Origin: Bacteroidales bacterium
GTDB taxonomy: Bacteria; Bacteroidota; Bacteroidia; Bacteroidales; DTGW01
Assembly (NCBI GenBank): GCA_035374585.1
Contig: DAOSPF010000004.1
Coordinates: 5,866 to 69,865, forward strand
Length of the DNA stretch: 64,000 nt
Direction of reading: 5' to 3'
The position numbers and the translations under genes are program-made. Shown in pieces: positions 1-9,221 of this stretch. A model generated the notes under the pieces. The model made no database searches. It was not told where the DNA came from and worked only from the letters and a program-made list of their open reading frames with translations. Numbering within the stretch: position 1 is the stretch's first letter; the number at the start of each line of letters is the position of its first letter.

Positions 1-369
1 TTGCGAAAAACGGACAGCCTTCTTGTACCCCAATTTAATGTTTTTGATATCCGAAAGGCCTTTGCCAATCCAGCGCCCTTTTGCATCTGCGAGGTTATAT
101 TCCAGGGTGTCTATAATTTTATTACCATTGGGGGCCATGGTAGTAACAAAAAGGTAGATATTGCTATACTTGTAGTTGCCTGAGTGCCTCAGGTTGAAAT
201 AAACGTTACTGGGTGAAACGGTGTCATTATTGATGTATTCAAACCGGCATTTGTTCGAAATTTTCCACTTGCTGTCTGCAATAGAAAAATTTTGAACATA
301 TTGCTCTCTGTTTACACAGCTTAACACTGTTAAAACAACTAAAACTAAAAGGCTAAGCTTTGTTTTCAT
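1..369 (-). CDS. gldH: Gliding-motility lipoprotein GldH, N-terminal 123 codons (gene runs off the left window edge)
   Basis: Absent from the supplied ORF track. My translation of the minus strand from ATG at 369 gives MKTKLSLLVLVVLTVLSC (lipoprotein signal ending in Cys), then ...NIYLFVTTMAPNGNKIIDTLEYNLADAKGRWIGKGLSDIKNIKLGYKKAVRF..., open through position 1. The NxxLFV..PNG....DTLEY..A...G...G.G..DIK block matches the GldH core as I remember it. The start overlaps the stop of the upstream PSP1 gene by 17 nt. Confidence 0.75.
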   Translation of the reverse strand, partial: MKTKLSLLVLVVLTVLSCVNREQYVQNFSIADSKWKISNKCRFEYINNDTVSPSNVYFNLRHSGNYKYSNIYLFVTTMAPNGNKIIDTLEYNLADAKGRWIGKGLSDIKNIKLGYKKAVRFSQ

Positions 370-1645
370 TGGGCTTTTGCTGATTGTTCTGTTTGTTTTG
401 TCTATTAGGGTTGTTCTGAAATTTTGGTCGGTTTGCCCCCCCCGGATTATTTGGCCTATTAGCATTTTCTGGGTTGTTCTGCCTGTTGTTGGCGCTGTTT
501 GGTTTGTTAGGCCTATTTTTTTGAAACTGTTGCTTGTCTTTCTTTTTCTTATCGTCAAAACGGGTAAGGCTGTCTTGTCCGACCACATTGGCGTAATCAA
601 GCTCCTCGATAACCGGAACAGCGCCCTGAGGTTTAAGTTCTTCACTATCTAACTTTACTTTAATACCTTTTTTATTAGATTCAATGGTTTCAAAAACTTT
701 TTCGACAGAAAGGGCAATAAAATTGGTTTGTTCGTTTTTGTTTAGTGCATACCACATCACTCGTCTGAATACATCAGTTTTTTGGTGATATGCAGGGCCT
801 TCGGCGGTTTCCAAAACAATGTTGGTGTCCGGGAAGTCTTTTTGGGCATCGAGGTAAGCATCGAGCTCATAGTTGAGGCAGCACTTGAGCTTACCACACT
901 GCCCGGCCAGTTTTTGGGGGTTGAGCGAAAGGTCTTGGTAGCGGGCTGCATTAGTTGATACAGATACGAAGTTGTTTATCCATGTCGAACAGCAAAGTTC
1001 GCGCCCACAAGGGCCAATACCTCCAATACGTCCGGCTTCCTGGCGTGCCCCAATCTGCTTCATCTCTATACGTACACGAAATTCTTCGGCCAAAACCTTG
1101 ATCAGTTCCCGAAAGTCAACACGTTCGTCGGCTATATAGTAAAAGATGGCCTTTGACCTGTCACCCTGGTACTCAACATCTCCAATTTTCATGTTAAGAT
1201 TTAGAGAGTCGCTTATTTTACGGGCTTTTAACATGGTACTTTCTTCTAAGCTAATAGATTCGTACCATTTGTCAATGTCTGTTTGTTTTGCCTTACGATA
1301 AAGCTTGCGATAATCTCCATTTTCTGTACGTACCTTATAACGCTTGATTTGTTGGCGTACCTGCTCGCCAACAAGCGACACAATGCCTATATCGTGGCCT
1401 GGCGATGCTTCAACGGCAACAATGTCACCTTGTTTAATTTCTAAGCCATTGACATTGCGGTAAAAACCTTTGCGGGTGTTTTTAAAACGCACTTCTACAA
1501 CATCGTAAGGAATAAGGCCTTGAGGTAAGTCGTATGCCCAGTTGTATGTATTTAGTTTTGAACATGGCGAAGGGTTGCATTTGAAGGTTTCCATGTTATC
1601 ATTTACAACTTCAGAACAACCCCGTAATATGATATCTTTTTGCAT
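353..1645 (-). CDS. PSP1 (RicT/YaaT-like) domain protein with N/Q/P/R-rich low-complexity C-terminal tail
   Basis: 430-aa ORF. The central region (…GDRSKAIFYYIADERVDFRELIKVLAEEFRVRIEMKQIGARQEAGRIGGIGPCGRELCCSTW…CGKLKCCLNYE) is the characteristic PSP1 C-terminal domain with its Cys cluster. The last ~70 aa are a NRPN/NNPxxANRP-type low-complexity tail. Confidence 0.85.
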   Translation of the reverse strand: MQKDIILRGCSEVVNDNMETFKCNPSPCSKLNTYNWAYDLPQGLIPYDVVEVRFKNTRKGFYRNVNGLEIKQGDIVAVEASPGHDIGIVSLVGEQVRQQIKRYKVRTENGDYRKLYRKAKQTDIDKWYESISLEESTMLKARKISDSLNLNMKIGDVEYQGDRSKAIFYYIADERVDFRELIKVLAEEFRVRIEMKQIGARQEAGRIGGIGPCGRELCCSTWINNFVSVSTNAARYQDLSLNPQKLAGQCGKLKCCLNYELDAYLDAQKDFPDTNIVLETAEGPAYHQKTDVFRRVMWYALNKNEQTNFIALSVEKVFETIESNKKGIKVKLDSEELKPQGAVPVIEELDYANVVGQDSLTRFDDKKKKDKQQFQKNRPNKPNSANNRQNNPENANRPNNPGGANRPKFQNNPNRQNKQNNQQKPNENKA

Positions 1646-1777
1646 AAAATTCTATTTAGTGTTACGAAGCAAGAACCAAGAGCTAAGAAAAAAGCTGATT
1701 GGTAAGATTTTACTCCATGAACAAAGTAATAACCGATTTGATTAAAAAATCTGACAAATCTAATTATTATTTTAATA

Positions 1778-1818
1778 AATGAGGGAGCATATATAAGATT
1801 TATACATACTCCCTCATT
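1778..1818 (-). terminator. Hairpin downstream of the 1860-2870 gene (candidate intrinsic terminator)
   Basis: Perfect 10-bp inverted repeat AATGAGGGAG (1778-1787) / CTCCCTCATT (1809-1818) with a 21-nt loop. On the minus strand it is followed by an A/T-rich tail rather than a clean U-run. Confidence 0.4.
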
Positions 1819-1859
1819 AGTAAATTAGCAATAAATGTTGAAGAAAATTATTCTGGCGG

Positions 1860-2870
1860 CTATTTTACAATAACTTTCGAGCAAAATTGAGCCCCTCCGT
1901 TTGACATTCGGACAAAATAGAGGCCTTGTCTTGAATTGGGGACTTTAATCTCATCTGTAGCCAGGCTGCCAGATTTATAAATTGATTTTGCTATCACTAC
2001 TTTTCCGGTAATATCCAATACTTCTGCTTTCCAAGTACCAGTATTACTGTTTACTAAAGAAATATTGATGCTTTTTGATGCAGGTTCCCATGAACATCTT
2101 AAATTATCGCCACTTGTGATTGAGCTTTTAACATCAGTTTGGTTAGAATCATTCAATAATATCACGCTTCCAAAATATGATGCGTTTATCCAACTAACGT
2201 TTTTATCAGCACCTGCAATAGCTACAGAACCAAACATACTTTCACGCGTTGAGCCATTGTCATTATCGTTGTATGCAACTGACATTCCCATTATTTTGTT
2301 GAGTCCAAGAGTTACAGGTGTATTATTCCCTCCGTAAACATAAGTATTGTCAAAAACTTTTATACCTACTTCCCATAAATAGACATTTTCAGAAATGGTG
2401 TCATATACACTAACTACATCATTTTTAAATAAGTGATTAACCCTGTCAGTGCCTAAATCGCATACATCACCATTGGCCGCAATATGATAGGCAAATGCAT
2501 TGAAGTTGTATTGATGGTCACCGCCTGAGCGGTCTTCGTCCAGAAATATTTCAATACAATCAAAGTTATGAATATTGTTACAGTTGCCCGGATACTTTGG
2601 GTAGTGCTTGTCATCAGTAATTTCTACCAGGAAGTATAGTTGTTCAGGAGTCCATACAACTTTATATTTACCGCTAAAGTCGGCATCATTGGTTTTTGAG
2701 CCAATCCACGTTTGGTCAATTTTAGCCCAAGGGGCTTTTTCCCAACAGGCATCAGAGCCATTGGCATCAACAACTGGCGCAACATCTGCTTTTACAGCTT
2801 TATAACTTTGTGCATTTATAGAAAATATGCTTAATATAAAAAGAGCGGAGATAAGAATTGTTTTTTTCAT
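1860..2870 (-). CDS. Secreted CBM9-like carbohydrate-binding protein with T9SS C-terminal sorting domain
   Basis: Signal peptide MKKTILISALFILSIFSINAQ. The block DACWEKAPWAKIDQTWIG…KYKVVWTPEQLYFLVEITDD…DCIEIFLDEDRSGGDH resembles the CBM9/DOMON-like fold. The C-terminus …GLYFVRMSNGGAQFCSKVIVK is typical of a Por/T9SS CTD. Confidence 0.7.
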   Translation of the reverse strand: MKKTILISALFILSIFSINAQSYKAVKADVAPVVDANGSDACWEKAPWAKIDQTWIGSKTNDADFSGKYKVVWTPEQLYFLVEITDDKHYPKYPGNCNNIHNFDCIEIFLDEDRSGGDHQYNFNAFAYHIAANGDVCDLGTDRVNHLFKNDVVSVYDTISENVYLWEVGIKVFDNTYVYGGNNTPVTLGLNKIMGMSVAYNDNDNGSTRESMFGSVAIAGADKNVSWINASYFGSVILLNDSNQTDVKSSITSGDNLRCSWEPASKSINISLVNSNTGTWKAEVLDITGKVVIAKSIYKSGSLATDEIKVPNSRQGLYFVRMSNGGAQFCSKVIVK

Positions 2871-3112
2871 TATAGTTTTATTAGTTGCCCAAAAATAAAG
2901 AATAGGATTAATCGGGGCAAAGTTAGTTATTGTTTTAACATTAATTTCAGAAATTAATATTAAAGCACTTTAAAGCACTAAAATTCAAAGGTGCGTTAAA
3001 CATTGTTAAATTGAGTTAATGGATTTTAAAAGCATTTGGATATAAAAAAATGCCATTTTTATTTTTGTCTTACTTTAAACAATACGAAATAAATTCAAAT
3101 AATCATTCAATT

Positions 3113-4042
3113 ATGGATATCAAAGTAGAGAAGCTGACTAAGAATTACGGCCATCATAAAGCGGTGGACGATATTTCTTTTGAGGTTAAAACAGGCGAAA
3201 TACTTGGGTTTTTGGGGCCAAACGGTGCCGGAAAAACAACTACCATGAAAATAATAACCAACTATCTCAATTGCGAGCAAGGGGATATTATTATTGGGGG
3301 CAAGAGTATACGCGACAATGCCGAAGAACTGAAAAAACATATTGGTTATTTGCCCGAAAACAACCCCTTGTATTTGGATATGCCTGTTATAGACTATCTT
3401 GAGTTTTGCGCCTCGCTGCAAGGTGTTGAAAAATCAAAAATTCCCGAACGCATTCGTGAGATGGTTCGTGTATGTGGGCTGAATGCCGAAAAGCACAAGC
3501 GTATTGGAGAGTTGAGTAAAGGCTTCCGTCAACGCGTAGGGTTGGCACAAGCCATGATTCATAACCCATCGGTTTTAATACTTGATGAACCTACCACGGG
3601 CCTTGACCCAAACCAGATTATTGAAATTAGAAAGCTTATCCGCGAACTTGGCCGTGAAAAGACAGTAATTTTGAGTACCCATATTCTTTCAGAAGTTGAA
3701 GCTACCTGCGATAGGATTATGATTATCAATAACGGAAAGATTGTAGCTAATGGTACAGCGGAAACTCTTCGCAAACAGGCACAGGGGCAAGAAATTCTGA
3801 CTGTTAAAATTGAAGATGGCGATAGTAATGCTATATTTAAAGCTATTCAGGAGCTACCGACAGTTGGTCTTGTTGACTTTACCGACCGTAACCTTAACAG
3901 GTTCGAGGTGCAGAGCCGTCCGGGTTGTACCTCAAGGCGCGAAATATTTAATTTATGCGTGAAAAACGGCTGGATACTTACTGAACTTGCTGTTTCGGAA
4001 GCAAAACTGGAAGATATTTTCCGTGAACTTACCGTGAATTAA
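3113..4042 (+). CDS. gldA: ABC transporter ATP-binding protein, gliding-motility-associated GldA
   Basis: Walker A GPNGAGKTT, ABC signature LSKGFRQRV, Walker B VLILDEPTTGLD. Followed directly by GldF- and GldG-like genes. I prefer the internal ATG at 3113 (MDIKVEKLTKNYG) over the ORF-track start at 3050. Confidence 0.85.
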   Translation: MDIKVEKLTKNYGHHKAVDDISFEVKTGEILGFLGPNGAGKTTTMKIITNYLNCEQGDIIIGGKSIRDNAEELKKHIGYLPENNPLYLDMPVIDYLEFCASLQGVEKSKIPERIREMVRVCGLNAEKHKRIGELSKGFRQRVGLAQAMIHNPSVLILDEPTTGLDPNQIIEIRKLIRELGREKTVILSTHILSEVEATCDRIMIINNGKIVANGTAETLRKQAQGQEILTVKIEDGDSNAIFKAIQELPTVGLVDFTDRNLNRFEVQSRPGCTSRREIFNLCVKNGWILTELAVSEAKLEDIFRELTVN

Positions 4043-4049
4043 GAATAAA

Positions 4050-4808
4050 ATGAATAATACAACCACGAAATATTTTAAAAACATGAATTCTGTGTGGATT
4101 ATAACCAAAAAAGAGTTGAACAGCTTTTTCGACTCGCTTATTGCCTACATCCTGCTGGTGTTATTTTTAGGTTTTAGTGGCTTTTTTACCTGGATGTTTG
4201 GTAGTGACATTTTTTTAATTGGACAGGCAACACTTCGTCCATTCTTTTCTATTGCCTACTGGAGCTTATTTATATTTATCCCGGCTCTTACAATGCGTAT
4301 GATTGCAGAAGAACGTAAGACAGGTACTATCGAATTGCTTTTGACAAAAGCCGTATCTGACAGACAATTGGTATTAGGCAAATTTTTAGCGGCATTTTTG
4401 TTGATATGCATTTCTTTAGCCCTTACTTTGCCTTATGTAATTACATTGGCGTCTATAGGCAATGTAGATAACGGTGAAGTTATTTGCGGATACCTTGGAC
4501 TTGCTTTAATGAGTGGGGTTTATATTGCTATTGGCCTTTATGCCAGTTCTCTGACGAATAACCAGATAGTTGCCTTTTTGTCGGCCTTATTTATTGGGTT
4601 ATTCTTTCATATTATTTTTGATATTCTGGCCAACAACTTTAAAGGCAGTATTGGAGAATTTTTTAACATGCTCAGCCTTTCTAACCATTTTGAAAGCATA
4701 CAGCGTGGAGTGCTTGATACCAAAGACCTGGTGTATTTTCTTTCTTTAATTTTCCTGGGTTTATTCCTAACGGAGAATAATCTGGCAAAAAGAAAGGTGA
4801 ATGGTTAA
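4050..4808 (+). CDS. gldF: ABC-2 type permease, gliding-motility-associated GldF
   Basis: Multi-pass hydrophobic ABC-2 permease starting 8 nt after the gldA stop. The alternative start at 4083 (MNSVWIITKKELNSFF) would give 241 aa. Confidence 0.8.
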   Translation: MNNTTTKYFKNMNSVWIITKKELNSFFDSLIAYILLVLFLGFSGFFTWMFGSDIFLIGQATLRPFFSIAYWSLFIFIPALTMRMIAEERKTGTIELLLTKAVSDRQLVLGKFLAAFLLICISLALTLPYVITLASIGNVDNGEVICGYLGLALMSGVYIAIGLYASSLTNNQIVAFLSALFIGLFFHIIFDILANNFKGSIGEFFNMLSLSNHFESIQRGVLDTKDLVYFLSLIFLGLFLTENNLAKRKVNG

Positions 4809-4934
4809 TGTGTAATATTTTGTAAAATCCAAAATAGTAATGTAATGCAACACCCATGATAGCTCAGGCACAAACACGAAAATATTTATTGTTGGGAGCA
4901 AGCTATCATTCATTTAAAAAAATTAAAAATAACT

Positions 4935-6461
4935 ATGATGAAAAATAAGATGAAAAATAAATGGATAACATCAGTTGTGCTAATTACTGCAATAGTACTG
5001 GTAGCCAATCTTATTTCGCAAGACTTTTTTCTTCGTGTCGATTTTAGCGAAGACAAACAATACACCCTAAGTTGGGCAACTAAAGATTTATTGAAAAATT
5101 TGCACGAACCAATCACAGTAAAGGCCTATTTTTCTGAAAATGTACCGCCCAATGTTGCAAAAGTCCGCAAAGACTTTAAAGAAATGCTTGTTGAATACAA
5201 CAACCGCTCAAAAGGCATGGTGGTATATGAGTTTGTTGATCCTTCAGCCAAAGAAGATATTGAACAAGAAGCAACTCAGGAAGGGATTCAACCTGTGATG
5301 ATTGATGTTCGTGAAAAAGACCAGATGAAACAGCAAAAAGCATATTTGGGCGCTATAATTTCAATGGGCGACAGAAAAGAAGTAATACCTGTTATTCAGC
5401 CTGGTGCAGCTTTAGAATATACACTATCTAAAGCTATTAAGAAACTTTCTGTAGTTGAAAAGCCATCAGTTGGCATATTACAAGGACATGGAGAGCCACA
5501 AATACAAGAATTGGCGCAGGTTTATGCAGAGCTTAGCGTTCTTTACCAGGTTGAGCCCTTAACATTAAACGATAGTGCAGCCATCCCCGAAAGAATTAAG
5601 ACAATTGCTATTGTTAGGCCAACCGATTCTATTAAGCAAAGCCACTTTGCACAATTGGATGCATTTTTGGCACGTGGCGGAAAAATTTTAGTAGCAGCAA
5701 GCAATGTAAACGCTAACCTTCAGCAGGCTATTGCTTCTGCATCTGCCGCTGGAATTGATCAATGGCTTAAAACAAAAGGGATTCTTTTAAATCAAAATAT
5801 TGTTATTGATGCTTCCTGCTCGCAAATTCAGGTTGTACAGAAAAATGGCGCATTTCAGATGATACAACAAATACAATTCCCTTACATCCCTGTAATTAAA
5901 ACTTTTTCAAAAACCTCAATTGGCAGTGGCCTGGAAGCTGTAATACTGCCTTTTGCAAGCACTATTGAGTACAATGGTTCACCTGCCAATATTTATACTC
6001 CGTTGGCTTATACCTCTGATAAATCAAACATTGAACAATTACCAGTATTTTTTAATATCCAGAGAATTTGGCATGAAAGTGATTTTCCAAAACATCAACT
6101 TGTTGTAGCTGCCACTTTGGAAGGGAAATTGGCTGGGGATCAACGTTCAAAACTTGTAATTATTGGCGATGGGGATTTTGTTATCAACGGGAAACAAGGC
6201 GAACAACAAAAACTTTCTCCTGATAATATCAATATGTTTGTAAACAGTATCGATTGGCTTTCAGATGACACTGGCCTTATTGAGCTCCGGACAAAATCTG
6301 TAACAGCAAGGCCTTTGGATGAACTGGGTGATGGAACCAGAACAACCCTGAAATGGCTCAATTTCTTGTTGCCCATTTTACTCATTGGGGCTTATGGGAT
6401 TTGGCGAGCTCAAGCTAAACGTATTCAACGAATTAAAAGAATGGAGGAACGATATGTCTAA
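4935..6461 (+). CDS. gldG: Gliding-associated ABC transporter auxiliary component GldG
   Basis: 508 aa with an N-terminal TM anchor and a C-terminal TM helix (LNFLLPILLIGAYGIW). It has the large periplasmic 'ABC-type uncharacterized transport system' architecture and follows gldA-gldF. Confidence 0.8.
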   Translation: MMKNKMKNKWITSVVLITAIVLVANLISQDFFLRVDFSEDKQYTLSWATKDLLKNLHEPITVKAYFSENVPPNVAKVRKDFKEMLVEYNNRSKGMVVYEFVDPSAKEDIEQEATQEGIQPVMIDVREKDQMKQQKAYLGAIISMGDRKEVIPVIQPGAALEYTLSKAIKKLSVVEKPSVGILQGHGEPQIQELAQVYAELSVLYQVEPLTLNDSAAIPERIKTIAIVRPTDSIKQSHFAQLDAFLARGGKILVAASNVNANLQQAIASASAAGIDQWLKTKGILLNQNIVIDASCSQIQVVQKNGAFQMIQQIQFPYIPVIKTFSKTSIGSGLEAVILPFASTIEYNGSPANIYTPLAYTSDKSNIEQLPVFFNIQRIWHESDFPKHQLVVAATLEGKLAGDQRSKLVIIGDGDFVINGKQGEQQKLSPDNINMFVNSIDWLSDDTGLIELRTKSVTARPLDELGDGTRTTLKWLNFLLPILLIGAYGIWRAQAKRIQRIKRMEERYV

Positions 6462-7434
6462 TAAAATTAATAATAAAACCTTGCTCATTGTATTGGCAGG
6501 GCTCATAATAGTATTTGTCCTGGTCAAATGGTACCAGAAAACCCAGACAGAAAGTACATTAAATACCGCTTTGGTCAAAATTGACACTACAAAGGTTAGT
6601 AGAATTGCTATTTACCCTGTTGCTGAAAACAGACAGGAAATTTTATTTTCTAAAATTGGCAAAGATTGGAAGGTTTCAAAAGGCAATATAACTGCCGAGG
6701 TTGACGAAAATGTGATAAATAACCTTATCATTACTCTTTCTGAGATAAAAGTAAAAAGCCTCGTGGCAAAAAATAAAGACAAATGGGACGATTTTAAGGT
6801 TAGTGATACTACTGCAACACGCGTTAAAGTGTTTGAAGGTAATGATGTCGTAGCAGACCTGATGATTGGGCGTTTTACATATCAGCAAAGTCAAAATCCT
6901 TATGGAGGAATGTATGGGGGTGGCGTTATTGGCTCTACTTATGTGAGGCCTGCAGATGAAGATGAAGTGTACGCCGTTGACGGATTCCTGACGTTTACAT
7001 TTAACCAGCAGTTTACTGCATTCCGTAAACAAACGCTTGCCCGATTTGAAACCAACAAAATAGAAAAAATCACGTTTAAATACCCTGCAGATAGCAGCTA
7101 TACACTGGAATTGAAAGATAAAAAATGGTTTATTGGCGATAAAATGGCAGATTCAGCAAAAGTTGCTTCTTATATCAGTGCCCTTTCTTATAAAAATGCC
7201 TCTTCATTTGTCGATAACCAGTCTGCCCTTAATGCGCCTGCATGGCTAGTCAGAGTAGAAGGAAAAGATATGCAGCCTGTTAGTATTGAAGCAAGCAGTG
7301 ATGGTTCAAAATTTATTATAAATTCAACCCAAAACCCCAAATCATATTTTGAAAGTGCCAAAAATAAACTGTTTGATGAGATATTTAAACCTCAATCATC
7401 TTTCTTTGCCACGAAAGAAAAAAAGAAAAAATAA
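6454..7434 (+). CDS. DUF4340-like membrane-anchored protein (fourth gene of the gldAFG operon)
   Basis: ATG at 6454 overlaps the gldG stop (6459-6461) by 8 nt. It has an N-terminal TM helix (LLIVLAGLIIVFVLV). From memory, a DUF4340 gene usually follows gldG, and this gene sits in that position. The ORF-track start at 6385 lies inside gldG and is unlikely. Confidence 0.6.
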   Translation: MSNKINNKTLLIVLAGLIIVFVLVKWYQKTQTESTLNTALVKIDTTKVSRIAIYPVAENRQEILFSKIGKDWKVSKGNITAEVDENVINNLIITLSEIKVKSLVAKNKDKWDDFKVSDTTATRVKVFEGNDVVADLMIGRFTYQQSQNPYGGMYGGGVIGSTYVRPADEDEVYAVDGFLTFTFNQQFTAFRKQTLARFETNKIEKITFKYPADSSYTLELKDKKWFIGDKMADSAKVASYISALSYKNASSFVDNQSALNAPAWLVRVEGKDMQPVSIEASSDGSKFIINSTQNPKSYFESAKNKLFDEIFKPQSSFFATKEKKKK

Positions 7435-7450
7435 TCTGAAAGTAAATTTT

Positions 7451-7491
7451 AACAGGCCTAACAGTTTTTTATCTTGTTAGGCCTGTTTTTT
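7451..7491. terminator. Bidirectional intrinsic terminator between the DUF4340 gene (+) and panC (-)
   Basis: 13-bp perfect stem AACAGGCCTAACA / TGTTAGGCCTGTT with loop GTTTTTTATCT, followed by TTTTTT on the plus strand. Confidence 0.65.
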
Positions 7492-8329
7492 AATAAAGTA
7501 CATTATCTATTAGCCGTATTTTTCCAGCAAATACTGCAATGCAGCCAACAACATCTTTGCTGTCTTCCCAATTTTTAATAGGTTGAAGGGTGTATCTGTC
7601 TGAGAGTTCAAAATACTCTACCTTTAAAAGTTCGTTATTGTTGATTTGTCCGATAACCCATTGTTTTAGCTCGTCCACCTTTTTAGAGCCTTTTAATTTC
7701 TTCGATTCAAAGATGATTTTTGAAATTAACGGCGCTGCAGCCCTATGTTCGGGAGTTAGCAGCTTGTTGCGCGAACTCATAGCCAAACCGTCAGGCTCGC
7801 GTACAATAGGACAGGGTATTATTTGTATGTCATATTTCAACTGCTTTACAAAATACTGTATAATGGCAAGCTGCTGAAAATCTTTCTCGCCAAAGTAAGC
7901 TTTGTGCGGAACAACAATATCAAATAGTTTGGTAACTACCTGTGCTACTCCATTAAAGTGCCCGGGACGGTGTTTACCTTCCATTACTTTGTCAAGCTGG
8001 CCGAATTCAAACACGCGGGTATCTTTTTCTGGGTACATCTCGTTTACTTCCGGATGAAAGATAATGTCGCATTTTGCTTTCTCGAGCATAGCTGTATCGG
8101 CTTCTAATGTTCGGGGATAACGCTCAAGGTCTTTCGGGTCATTGAATTGCGTAGGGTTTACAAAAATACTGACCACTACTACATCATTTTCTGAACGGCA
8201 TTGCGAAACAAGTGAAATGTGACCTTCATGCAATGCTCCCATGGTTGGTACAAACCCAATGGTTTTGCCTTCTTCCCGGTATTGAAGCATCTGGCTATGA
8301 AGCTCTTTGGATGATTTAATGATTTGCAT
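7490..8329 (-). CDS. panC: Pantoate--beta-alanine ligase (pantothenate synthetase)
   Basis: VPTMGALHEGHISLV, FVNPTQF and GEKDFQQ motifs. Length 279 aa. Confidence 0.95.
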   Translation of the reverse strand: MQIIKSSKELHSQMLQYREEGKTIGFVPTMGALHEGHISLVSQCRSENDVVVVSIFVNPTQFNDPKDLERYPRTLEADTAMLEKAKCDIIFHPEVNEMYPEKDTRVFEFGQLDKVMEGKHRPGHFNGVAQVVTKLFDIVVPHKAYFGEKDFQQLAIIQYFVKQLKYDIQIIPCPIVREPDGLAMSSRNKLLTPEHRAAAPLISKIIFESKKLKGSKKVDELKQWVIGQINNNELLKVEYFELSDRYTLQPIKNWEDSKDVVGCIAVFAGKIRLIDNVLY

Positions 8330-8511
8330 ATTAATTACTAATTACGAATGACAAATGACTGATTAAAGGATTGCAGAAAGTAAATGCTTCTCCAATCTAT
8401 TTCTACTGAAGCATAAAGTGTGCAATCTTTCCCCTCCTTTATAAGGAGAGCTTGTCCCGATTGAGGCGGGAGGTTGGGGTGGTTTATTTGCTATTCTGGC
8501 AGTCATACATT

Positions 8512-9048
8512 TCAGCTTTTCAACCGGTAAAGGTCAGGCAAATTGCGGCCAAAGCCATTGTAATCAAGCCCATAGCCGATGACAAAGTCGTTCGGGATTT
8601 CCGTGCCAAGATAATCGATGTGAACAGGCATTTTACAAGCCTTTGGTTTGAAAAACATTGATGCTACCTTTATTTTGGCAGGCTGTTGTTGCTCAATCTG
8701 CTTTAATAAATATTCCAGCGTTATGCCAGTATCAATAATATCTTCAACTATAACAACTGTCTTGCCCTTAAGGTCGATATTGAGCCCAATAATTTGTTTT
8801 ACTTCACCGCTTGATTTGTCAGCTTGGTATGAGGCAAGTTTGATAAAGGATATAGTTACATGAAAATTTATTTCCCTTATCAAATCTGCCATAAAGATAA
8901 ACGACCCGTTAAGTACCCCAATAAAAACAACGTCTTCATTACAAAGTTCATTGTTTATCTTTTGGGCAACATGCTCTACAAGCAATGTAATCTTGTCTTT
9001 TGATATGTATGGGATAAATTCTTTGTTGTCGATGGAGATGCTTTGCAT
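8512..9048 (-). CDS. hpt: Hypoxanthine phosphoribosyltransferase
   Basis: 178 aa with PRPP-binding motif VVIVEDIIDTGITL and C-terminal FVIGYGLDYNGFGRNLP. Confidence 0.9.
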   Translation of the reverse strand: MQSISIDNKEFIPYISKDKITLLVEHVAQKINNELCNEDVVFIGVLNGSFIFMADLIREINFHVTISFIKLASYQADKSSGEVKQIIGLNIDLKGKTVVIVEDIIDTGITLEYLLKQIEQQQPAKIKVASMFFKPKACKMPVHIDYLGTEIPNDFVIGYGLDYNGFGRNLPDLYRLKS

Positions 9049-9221
9049 ACCCTGATTTTTTGCAAAAGTAAGGCAGTTTGGAATACTTCACTTGTTTTAA
9101 AGTCCTTTTTTGATTGAAAATGTTTGATAAATACGGATTTTGAAGTTTAAACAATTATTTTTCAACTGCAAACAGCAAATCCGCATAATTATTTATTGTT
9201 TTGTAAATCAAAAATTCAGGA

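Noticed and set aside
1-183. 60-aa plus-strand ORF at the left edge from the ORF track
   Set aside because: It lies antisense to a much better-supported minus-strand reading frame, the conserved GldH sequence with a lipoprotein signal. It has no recognisable features of its own.
4856-4909. 9-bp perfect inverted repeat ATGATAGCT…AGCTATCAT with a 36-nt spacer between gldF and gldG
   Set aside because: The long loop, the absence of a U-run and the position inside an apparent operon make a terminator unlikely. With only 9 bp in AT-rich DNA and no second copy, it is not distinguishable from chance.
8330-8511. GC-rich element CCCCTCCTTTATAAGGAGAGCTTGTCCCGATTGAGGCGGGAGGTTGGGGTGG between panC and hpt, reminiscent of Bacteroidota REP-like intergenic repeats
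   Set aside because: Only one copy is visible in 64 kb, so repeat status cannot be shown from this window. The internal dyad (CTCCTT/AAGGAG) is short. It may simply be the hpt terminator region. The overlapping 69-aa ORF (8452-8661) is antisense to hpt.
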